The position numbers and the translations under genes are program-made. The notes under the pieces were generated by a model. That model saw only the letters and a list, made by a program, of their open reading frames with translations, was not told the origin of the DNA and searched no databases. Source: an uncultured Rickettsiales bacterium (GTDB taxonomy: Bacteria; Myxococcota_A; UBA796; UBA9615). Taken from it: a stretch of DNA of 64,000 nucleotides. Location: contig CAZUHI010000012.1 of the NCBI GenBank assembly GCA_964620495.1, positions 9,018 through 73,017 of the forward strand. Direction: 5' to 3'. Each line of letters opens with the position of its first letter. The stretch's first letter is position 1. Below, piece by piece: positions 8,601 to 16,270 of this stretch.

Positions 8601-9394
8601 GCGCCCGGGCCCTGCAGCGCGTGGTGGTCCGAATGCACCACGATCCCGCCCTCGTCGCGGCCGTGTACGCGGACGCCGGGGCGGCCTTGGAGGCGCTCGA
8701 TCTGACGCCCGCCGAGCGCGACCTGCTCACGGTCCCCGATCGACGCGCCTGGGGGGTCGACCCGGCCCGGCGGGACCGCGTCTTCGAGGCCGTCCGACGG
8801 GAGTACCCCGTCACCTGCGCCCTCGCCCAGATCTCGGTGGGTGCCCGCGGGCCGCTGCTGGGGTTCTTCTCGTCGCCCGAATTCCACCGCGCGGTGCAGT
8901 CCCGTCGTGCGATCACGCCCGCGTTTGGAGCATGGATCGAAGGGTCCGCGCGGGCCGGCCGTTTCGGCAAGAAGCCGACGGCCGAGGTCGCGCGCCTCGA
9001 GTCCGCCACGGTCGAGGTCCGGCGCGCCGTCGACGTCCCCCCGGGCGAGCGGTGGGTCCGCGCCCCGTGGATCCGCGTGGTGGACGCCTCTCCCGGCGCC
9101 CTCGAGCTGTACCAGGCCGTCTTCGCGAGCCTCCGCGCGTCGTCGACGGTGCCCTCGTCCCTCCCCCGGGTGGGGCGCGGCGTCACCCGAGTCGTGGTGG
9201 AGCGGAACGCGGCGCACGAGGTGGTTCTGGGCTCCGTCTCCGCCCCGCTGGCCGGGCTGCTGCGTCGGGCCGAGGCCCCCGTGGCGGCGTCTCTCCTCCA
9301 CGACGCGGCGCGGGAACTCGGCGCCGAGCCGGGCGACGAACCGACGATCCTCGCCTCGCTGCACGCCGATCGCCTCCTCGTCCGATGTCCGTAA
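8597..9394 (+). CDS. DUF2063-like partner protein of the DUF692 enzyme (hypothetical)
   Basis: GTGA overlap with the DUF692 stop. Size (265 aa) and position match the usual DUF692-DUF2063 pairing. No catalytic motif seen. Confidence 0.5.
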   Translation: MSARALQRVVVRMHHDPALVAAVYADAGAALEALDLTPAERDLLTVPDRRAWGVDPARRDRVFEAVRREYPVTCALAQISVGARGPLLGFFSSPEFHRAVQSRRAITPAFGAWIEGSARAGRFGKKPTAEVARLESATVEVRRAVDVPPGERWVRAPWIRVVDASPGALELYQAVFASLRASSTVPSSLPRVGRGVTRVVVERNAAHEVVLGSVSAPLAGLLRRAEAPVAASLLHDAARELGAEPGDEPTILASLHADRLLVRCP

Positions 9395-9404
9395 GGTGTC
9401 CCCC

Positions 9405-10682
9405 ATGACTCGCACCGTCGACTTCTACTTCGACTACTCCTGCCCCTACGCGTACATCGCGTCCACGCGCATCGAGGGCGTGGCGGCCCGCTCGGGGGCC
9501 CGGCTGAAGCTGTGCCCCGTCCTGCTCGGGGGCATCCTGCGCGAGCTCAACGGGACGACGAACCCGGCCGACGGCATGTCCGCCCCCAAGGCCCGCCACA
9601 ACGTCCTCGACATGCACCGCTGGGCGGCGCTCCGGCACGTCCCGTTCACGTTCCACCCGCGCCATCCGGTGCGCACGCTGACCGCCCTGCGCGCGACCCT
9701 CGCCGCGGGGGAGCCCTTCGGGCCGCTCATGCACGCCTTCTTCAAGGCCTACTGGGTCGACAACCGCGACCTGGACGACCCCGCGGTGGTGGCCGCCATC
9801 CTTCGGGAGCGTCGCATGGACGCCGAGGCCGTCCTCACCGAGGCGGCGAGCCCCGAGATCAAGGCCGACCTCCGGGCGCGCACGGACGCAGCGATCGCGG
9901 GGGGGATCTTCGGCGTTCCCGCGATGGTGGTCGACGACCGGCTGTACTGGGGACAGGACCGGCTGGACGCGGTGGAGGAGGCGCTGGGCGAGGACGAGTC
10001 GACCGTCATCATGTCCGGCATCCATCACACCTCGGAGGAGCGGGACGTGGACCTGTGGTTCGACTACAGCTCCCCCTTCTCGTACATCGCCGCGGCCCGC
10101 GCGCCCCGGGTCTTCCGGCACCAGCTCAGGTGGAAGCCCATGCTCCTGGGCGCGGTGTTCAAGGCGCTGAAGGGCCCCATGGTGCCGCTGTTCGCGATGT
10201 CCGAGAGCAAGCGGAGCTACGCCCGGGACGACATGCAGCGTCAGGCGATGGAGGCGGGCGTGCGCCTGGACTGGCCGTCGCGATTCCCGCTCAACACCGT
10301 GACCGCCCTCCGCGTGACCCTGGCCGTGGCGGCCGATCCCGAGCTCGCCCCGCGCGCGACGCCGCTCGTGCAGCGCTTCTACCGGGCGATGTGGGTCGAG
10401 GACCGCGATCCCCAGGCCCCCGACACGGTGCGCGCGGTGTGCGCGGACGTGGGGCTCGATGGGTTCGATCTCCTCGAGCGGGCCGGGACCCCGGCGGGCA
10501 AGCAGGCCCTGCGGCACGCGACCGACGAGGCGATCCGGCTCGGGGTGTTCGGGGCGCCCACCTGGGGGGTGCACGCCGCGGGCCGCGCGCCGACCCTCTT
10601 CTGGGGGAACGATCGCCTCGAGCTCGCGCTCCGCGCCGCCGGGGGCGACGATCGAATCCTGGACGCCGGCCCCCAGGTCTGA
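9405..10682 (+). CDS. Fused tandem 2-hydroxychromene-2-carboxylate isomerase / DsbA-like thioredoxin-fold protein (two repeats)
   Basis: Two homologous halves beginning VDFYFDYSCPYAYIAS and VDLWFDYSSPFSYIAA. Each ends with GVFGxP...(Y/F)WG(Q/N)DRL. Confidence 0.8.
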   Translation: MTRTVDFYFDYSCPYAYIASTRIEGVAARSGARLKLCPVLLGGILRELNGTTNPADGMSAPKARHNVLDMHRWAALRHVPFTFHPRHPVRTLTALRATLAAGEPFGPLMHAFFKAYWVDNRDLDDPAVVAAILRERRMDAEAVLTEAASPEIKADLRARTDAAIAGGIFGVPAMVVDDRLYWGQDRLDAVEEALGEDESTVIMSGIHHTSEERDVDLWFDYSSPFSYIAAARAPRVFRHQLRWKPMLLGAVFKALKGPMVPLFAMSESKRSYARDDMQRQAMEAGVRLDWPSRFPLNTVTALRVTLAVAADPELAPRATPLVQRFYRAMWVEDRDPQAPDTVRAVCADVGLDGFDLLERAGTPAGKQALRHATDEAIRLGVFGAPTWGVHAAGRAPTLFWGNDRLELALRAAGGDDRILDAGPQV

Positions 10683-10743
10683 AGGTCGGCATACTCCTGT
10701 CGCGCGCTCAGGATCGGGGCGCGAACACGCTGATGGAGACCCG

Positions 10744-11157
10744 ATGAGCCGCTTCACGTTCCGCCCCTCCGCCGTGATCGGCGGGCTGCTCGCCGCCCTG
10801 TGCCCCGCGCTCCTGACCGGCTGCCCTCCCGACGAGCCGTGCGTGGACATCTCGCTCGCCGCCATCCAGACCGAGATCTTCACGCCGAGCTGCGCGGCTT
10901 CGGCCTGTCACGGCGGCGCGAACCCCAGCCGCGGCCTCGATCTGGACGACGAGACGTTCGCCTCGTCCGTGGACGCCGCCGCCGTCGAGCCGGGTTGGAC
11001 CCGCGTGGTCCCCGGCGACACCGAGAACAGCCTCCTCTACCAGGTGCTCCTCGACAGCGTCGGCAACACCCGCCGCATGCCGCCCGGGTTCGCCCTCGAC
11101 GGCTGCGAGGTCTCGTCCGTCCGGGTCTGGATCGAGGAGGGGGCGCAGGACAACTAG
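10744..11157 (+). CDS. Lipoprotein with a cytochrome-c-like Cys/His motif (PSCyt-like)
   Basis: Signal peptide with lipobox LLTGC. IFTPSCAASACHGG is CX4CH, not canonical CXXCH. Confidence 0.55.
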   Translation: MSRFTFRPSAVIGGLLAALCPALLTGCPPDEPCVDISLAAIQTEIFTPSCAASACHGGANPSRGLDLDDETFASSVDAAAVEPGWTRVVPGDTENSLLYQVLLDSVGNTRRMPPGFALDGCEVSSVRVWIEEGAQDN

Positions 11158-12410
11158 TGCGCCTCCGCGGGCCGCTCGCCGCGCTCCTGCTCCTCGGCTG
11201 CGGTCGAGGGCCGGCCGAAGCGTCGCCCGCCCCGGTCCCGGCCGACGCAGGAGCCGCGATCGCCGCGGTGATGGCCGACTGCACCCCCGCGAAGGGGACG
11301 GACATCACCCTGTTCGAGGTCGCACGCGGTCTCACGAAGCCCGTGCACGCCCTGGCCCCCGCGGGGGACGCCCGCCTCTTCCTCGTCGAGCAGGCGGGGC
11401 GGATCCGGGTCCTCGAGGGCGGTCGACTGCTGCCCGAGCCGTTCCTCGACATCACGAAGCGCGTGCTCGACCGAAGCGGCGAGCAGGGGCTCCTGGGCCT
11501 CGCGTTCCACCCGAAGTACCCGACGGACCCGCGCGTCTTCGTGCAGTACACGGGCGTGAACGGCGTCACGATCGTCGCCGAGCACCGGGTCGATCCCGCC
11601 ACCCCGAATCGGGCCTCCACGGAGGGCCGCACGCTGCTCACGGTCCCCCAGCCGTACCCCAACCACAACGCGGGCGAGATCGCCTTCTCCCCGGTGGACG
11701 GGATGCTCTACGTGGGGCTCGGCGACGGCGGGGCCGGGGGCGATCCCCACAAGCACGGGCGGAACCCGCAGACGCTGCTCGGCTCGATGTTGCGCATCGA
11801 CGTGGACTCGCAGCCGGCCGCGGGGAAGGCCTACGCGATCCCGGCCGACAACCCGTGGGCCGACGGCGCCGACGGGCGGCACCCGGAGATCTGGGCGATC
11901 GGCCTGCGCAACCCCTGGCGGTTCTCGTTCGACGAGGACGGATCGATGTACATCGGCGACGTGGGCCAGAACGCCTTCGAGGAGATCGACCGCCTCCCCC
12001 CCGGCACGCCGGGCATCGACTTCGGCTGGCCCACCGTCGAGGGCGACGGTCACTGCTACGGCGCCCCCTCCTGCGAACAGGTGGGGCTGACTCGGCCGAT
12101 CCACGAGTACGCGCGCACGGGGTTCTGCGACTCGGTGACCGGAGGGTTCGTGTATCGCGGGGCGTGCATGCCGGATCTGCAGGGCACGTACTTCTTCGCC
12201 GACTACTGCGACGATCGGGTGACCTCGTTCGTCCTCGACGGCGGTCTCGCGACGAAGGTGAAGGATCGGACGAAGCAGCTCGATCCCGACGGTCGACGGC
12301 TCCGCAGCGTCTCCAGCTTCGGACGCGACGGCGCGGGCGAGCTCTACGTCCTGTCCCATCGCGACGGCCGGGTGTTCAAGATCGTGCACCGCAGCGTAAC
12401 GACTCCGTAA
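11157..12410 (+). CDS. PQQ-dependent sugar (glucose/sorbosone) dehydrogenase, beta-propeller, lipoprotein
   Basis: Lipobox LLLGC. GLLGLAFHP, HNAGEIAFSPVDGMLYVGLGDGG, GLRNPWRFSFD, GDVGQN.EEI match the soluble aldose dehydrogenase family. The GTG start shares one nucleotide (11157) with the upstream TAG stop. Confidence 0.85.
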   Translation: MRLRGPLAALLLLGCGRGPAEASPAPVPADAGAAIAAVMADCTPAKGTDITLFEVARGLTKPVHALAPAGDARLFLVEQAGRIRVLEGGRLLPEPFLDITKRVLDRSGEQGLLGLAFHPKYPTDPRVFVQYTGVNGVTIVAEHRVDPATPNRASTEGRTLLTVPQPYPNHNAGEIAFSPVDGMLYVGLGDGGAGGDPHKHGRNPQTLLGSMLRIDVDSQPAAGKAYAIPADNPWADGADGRHPEIWAIGLRNPWRFSFDEDGSMYIGDVGQNAFEEIDRLPPGTPGIDFGWPTVEGDGHCYGAPSCEQVGLTRPIHEYARTGFCDSVTGGFVYRGACMPDLQGTYFFADYCDDRVTSFVLDGGLATKVKDRTKQLDPDGRRLRSVSSFGRDGAGELYVLSHRDGRVFKIVHRSVTTP

Positions 12411-12483
12411 AGGCTCCCGCGGGGCGGAACTTTCGGCGGCACCCCGGGTCCTGGGCAGCAGAACCCCACCCCGGAGATTCCCC

Positions 12484-13677
12484 GTGACCCCTCGCTTCCT
12501 CGTCTCGACCGTGGCCGTCGCCGCCGCGTGCACCCTCGCCCTCGGCTCGCTCTCCGCGTCCGAGCGATCCGTCCGCTCCTCCTCCATCGGAGGCGACCTC
12601 ATCGCGGGTCGCCCCGCCCCCGCCAAGAACGTCACCGCGGGCGCCGACGACCCCGATGAGGTGCGGGAGCGCGGCATCGCGTGGTTGATCAAGCGCCAGG
12701 CGAAGGACGGCGGCTGGGGGGCCGGAAACTGGGGCACCGACGACCTCAGCGCGCCCTCGGACGTCGCCACCACGGTGGTCTCGATCATGGCCCTGCTGCG
12801 CGACGCCGGGGACACCGACAAGCACTCGGCCGCCATCGAGCGAGCGGCCCTGTTCGTCGTGGGCGCGGTCGAGACGTCCCCCGACGGCCCCCGCTTGGAC
12901 ACGCCCACCGGCACCCAGCCCCAGCACAAGCTCGGGTCCCTCGTGGACACCCACCTCGCGGCGATGATCCTCGGCGATCTCGCGCCGCGGTTCGAGGGGG
13001 AGACCAAGGCCCGCCTCAACCGGGGCTGGGACAAGGTCCTGGGCAAGGTGCAGCAGGCCCAGGCGGCCGACGGCAGCTTCGCCGACGACGGCTGGGCCCC
13101 CGTGCTCTCCGGCTCCTACGCCGCCCAGAGCCTGATCAAGGCCAAGGAAGCGGGCCGCGGCGTCGTCGACGACGACGTCCTGGAGAAGGCCGAGCGCTAC
13201 CAGGCGGCGCAGGTCAGCGAGAGCGGCGAGTTCGCCACGGGCAAGGCCGCAGGCGTGGCCCTGTACTCCGTCGCGGGCACGATGAAGGCCAACAAGGACG
13301 CGGCCCGTCGCGGCGCGGCCTCCGGGTCGGCGCCGGAGGCCGAAGCGGCCGTGGCCCAGGCTCGATCCGTGGTCTCCGCCGACGCGAGCGGCGCCCTCAT
13401 GGCCGGCTTCGGCTCGGTGGGCGGCGAGGAGATGCTCGCCTACACGATGATCAGCGATACGCTGGCGGAAGACGGGGGCGACACGTGGGACGCCTGGGAG
13501 ACGAAGATCAACAGCTACCTCTCGGGCATCCAGAACAAGGACGGCTCGTGGTCGGGGCACCACTGCATCACGTCCACGACGTTCGTGACCGCGACCGCCC
13601 TCATGACCCTCGGGGCCGCGGACCACGCCAAGCTCACCGCTGCGCGGGCCGAGGGCGACGCGCCGACCAAGCTCTGA
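12484..13677 (+). CDS. Secreted prenyltransferase/squalene-oxidase-repeat (terpenoid cyclase-like alpha-alpha toroid) protein
   Basis: Signal peptide. Repeated KDGGWG, ADGSF, KDGSWSG motifs typical of the repeat family. Confidence 0.6.
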   Translation: MTPRFLVSTVAVAAACTLALGSLSASERSVRSSSIGGDLIAGRPAPAKNVTAGADDPDEVRERGIAWLIKRQAKDGGWGAGNWGTDDLSAPSDVATTVVSIMALLRDAGDTDKHSAAIERAALFVVGAVETSPDGPRLDTPTGTQPQHKLGSLVDTHLAAMILGDLAPRFEGETKARLNRGWDKVLGKVQQAQAADGSFADDGWAPVLSGSYAAQSLIKAKEAGRGVVDDDVLEKAERYQAAQVSESGEFATGKAAGVALYSVAGTMKANKDAARRGAASGSAPEAEAAVAQARSVVSADASGALMAGFGSVGGEEMLAYTMISDTLAEDGGDTWDAWETKINSYLSGIQNKDGSWSGHHCITSTTFVTATALMTLGAADHAKLTAARAEGDAPTKL

Positions 13678-13685
13678 GCCGTCCC

Positions 13686-14780
13686 GTGCATCCGTCGCGG
13701 CGCGCGTTCCTTCGGGGCGCCGTCGCGACCGGCGTGGTTCTGTCCGGCGCGTGCGGGCGCGGATCGTTGCCGCGGGCCCTCGCGAAGCGGTCGCGTGAGT
13801 CGCGTGAGCGTGGTGCTGCGGCCCTGTGGGCCCTCCAAGCCCCCGACGGGGCGTTCCGCAGCTCGGTCTACGGCCTCATGCGGTCGGGGCACTCCCTCAC
13901 CGGCTTCGGCCTCACCTGCCTCGGGGCCGGCGGGCGACCCTCCAGGCCTCCGCCCGGATGGGCCGCGGCGCTCGACTTCCTCGCCGCCTCGCTCGACGGT
14001 GAGGGGGCCCTGGGGCGGCCCGGCTCGGTCACCGACTACCCGGTCTACGCCACGGCGCTGGCGATCCGCGCGTGGACGACCGCCGGCCACGCAGTCCCCG
14101 CGGCCGCGGCGCGCTGGCTCGCCGGGAGGCAGCTGGTGGAGGAGGGGTGGGAGGGCACCTCCGCCTTCGGGGGATTCGACATGGGGCATCGCGTCCGCCC
14201 CGCGCCTCCCCACGCGGGGCACGTCGACCTGTCCATGACCCGTCGGGCCCTCGAGGCGCTCGCCGCCCTCGGTCACGGCCCCGACTCCCCGGCGATGACG
14301 GCCGCGGACATCTTCCTGAACGCCTGCGCCGTCCCCGACGGGGGGTTCGTGTACAGCCCCGTGGAGCTCGTCCTCAACAAGGCGGGCTGCGTCGACGGGT
14401 GCCGCTCCTACGGGACCGCCACCGCGGACGGGGTCCTCGCCCTCGCGGCGCGCGCCGGGGCGAAGGCCGCCGACCACGCCCTGCACGGCCCCGCCCTCGC
14501 GCGGCTGCGCGCCCTCCACCGGGTGGACCGAAACCCCGGGCTGGAGGGAGGTCCCATGGAGGCCTTCGGGCCTGCGATGCGTGGCTGTTACCGGGCCGCG
14601 GCCGCGGAGGTCTTCGCTCGCTTCGGGGGCCCCGAGGGTTGGCGGGCCCCCCTCCTCGAGGCCATCCTCGCCGAGCAGCGGGCCGACGGGACCTGGGCAT
14701 CGGAGTCGCCGCTCCAGAAGGAGGACGAGCCGATCGTCGCCACGGGGTTCGCCCTCGCGGCCCTCGCGTACGCGTCCTGA
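13686..14780 (+). CDS. Tat-signal prenyltransferase/squalene-oxidase-repeat protein
   Basis: Twin-arginine motif SRRAFLRG. Repeats PDGAF, EEGWEG, PDGGF, ADGTW. Confidence 0.6.
   Translation: MHPSRRAFLRGAVATGVVLSGACGRGSLPRALAKRSRESRERGAAALWALQAPDGAFRSSVYGLMRSGHSLTGFGLTCLGAGGRPSRPPPGWAAALDFLAASLDGEGALGRPGSVTDYPVYATALAIRAWTTAGHAVPAAAARWLAGRQLVEEGWEGTSAFGGFDMGHRVRPAPPHAGHVDLSMTRRALEALAALGHGPDSPAMTAADIFLNACAVPDGGFVYSPVELVLNKAGCVDGCRSYGTATADGVLALAARAGAKAADHALHGPALARLRALHRVDRNPGLEGGPMEAFGPAMRGCYRAAAAEVFARFGGPEGWRAPLLEAILAEQRADGTWASESPLQKEDEPIVATGFALAALAYAS
13792..13810. repeat. 19-nt exact repeat CGCGTGAGTCGCGTGAGCG (copy 1; copy 2 at 19526-19544)
   Basis: Read directly. A tandem TCGCGTGAG unit. 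Copy 1 is sense in a + strand CDS and copy 2 is antisense to a - strand CDS. Confidence 0.6.
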
Positions 14781-14833
14781 TCGACTTGCGCGCGGGTCGC
14801 GCGGGGGCGCGCGTCCGTGGTTACACTCCGCCG

Positions 14834-16270
14834 ATGGATTCCACCCCCGACTCCGCGGCCGACCTGTACGCCTGGTTCGGTGTCGACGACACCGTCCTCG
14901 CCAAGGTGCTGGCGGCCGCCCTCGCCCGGGGCGCCGAGTACGCAGACCTGTACTTCGAGCACGCCGCCGGCCACTCCGTCACCCTCGAGGACGGCATCAT
15001 CAGCCGCGCCTCGTCGTCCGTGGACCGAGGAGTCGGCATTCGGGCCGTCGTCGGCGACCAGACGGGGTACGCCTACAGCGAAGACCTGGACGTCGCCTCC
15101 ATGGTCGAGGCCGCCAGGACCGCAGCGTCCATCGCCCAGGGTGGGGCCGCCGTCGCGCCCGTGGGGTTCCAAACCGGTCGACACGCCGACCTCTACTCCA
15201 TCCCCCGGGCGTGGGAGTCCATCGGCATCGTCGAGAAGCTGCCGCTCCTCCAGCGGGTGGAGGCGCGCACCCGAGCGCTCGACCCCGCCGTCGAGAAGGT
15301 CTCCGTCTCGTGGGGCGACGCGGACGATCGCGTCTTGGTGGTCACCAGCGAAGGGACGGTGTGGGCGGACCGACGGCCCATGGCCCGCATCGCCGTCTCC
15401 GTCACCGCGGTCAAGGACAGCGAGGTCCAGAGCGGGAGCGCGAACCTCGCTGGTCGCCACGGCATGGACTGGTTCGACGAAGCCCGCCTCGACGGCATGT
15501 GCAAGGACGCCGTGGAGCGCACGATGATCCTGTTCGAGGCCCGTCGCCCGCCCGCGGGGGAGATGCCGGTGGTGCTCGCGGCCGGCCCCTCGGGGATCCT
15601 CCTGCACGAGGCCGTCGGACACGGCATGGAGGCGGACTTCAACCGCAAGGGCACGTCGATCTACAGCACCCTGCTCGGCCAGAAGGTCGCGCCCGACTTT
15701 GTGACCGTCGTCGACTCGGCGATCCACCCCGGCGAGCGCGGCGCCCTCAACGTGGACGACGAGGGCAGCCCCACCGAGCGGACCGTGCTCGTGGAGAACG
15801 GCGTCATGGCGTCGTACCTCCACGACCGCATCTCCGCGAAGCACTACGGCGTGGCCCCCACCGGCTCCGGTCGGCGTGAGTCCTTCCGTCACCTGCCCAT
15901 GCCGCGCATGCGCTGCACCTACATGGAGAACGGCCCGCACACGCGCGAAGAGATCATCGCGTCGGTGAGGCACGGGATCGTCGCCGAGACCTTCACCAAC
16001 GGGCAGGTCCAGATCGGGGCGGGGGACTTCACCTTCTTCATCAAGAACGGCTGGCTGATCGAGGACGGGAAGGTCACCGCACCCATCAAGGACACCAACA
16101 TCATCGGCAACGGCCCCGAGGCGCTGCGTGACGTGACCATGGTGGCCGACGACATGAAGCTCGACACGGGCGGCTGGACGTGCGGCAAGGAAGGCCAGCG
16201 GGTGCCGGTGAGTCAGGGCATGCCGACGGTCCTCGTGAGTCGACTCACGGTCGGGGGGGAGAGCCGATGA
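14834..16270 (+). CDS. tldD: Metalloprotease TldD
   Basis: GILLHEAVGHGMEAD (HExxxH-type site), CTYMENG, GNGPEAL, VSRLTVGG. Size 478 aa. Confidence 0.9.
   Translation: MDSTPDSAADLYAWFGVDDTVLAKVLAAALARGAEYADLYFEHAAGHSVTLEDGIISRASSSVDRGVGIRAVVGDQTGYAYSEDLDVASMVEAARTAASIAQGGAAVAPVGFQTGRHADLYSIPRAWESIGIVEKLPLLQRVEARTRALDPAVEKVSVSWGDADDRVLVVTSEGTVWADRRPMARIAVSVTAVKDSEVQSGSANLAGRHGMDWFDEARLDGMCKDAVERTMILFEARRPPAGEMPVVLAAGPSGILLHEAVGHGMEADFNRKGTSIYSTLLGQKVAPDFVTVVDSAIHPGERGALNVDDEGSPTERTVLVENGVMASYLHDRISAKHYGVAPTGSGRRESFRHLPMPRMRCTYMENGPHTREEIIASVRHGIVAETFTNGQVQIGAGDFTFFIKNGWLIEDGKVTAPIKDTNIIGNGPEALRDVTMVADDMKLDTGGWTCGKEGQRVPVSQGMPTVLVSRLTVGGESR

Noticed and set aside
10885-10915. c-type cytochrome heme-binding site in the lipoprotein (SCAASACHGG).
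   Set aside because: I kept it only as cytochrome-like. The motif is CX4CH, not CXXCH, so covalent heme binding cannot be asserted from sequence.
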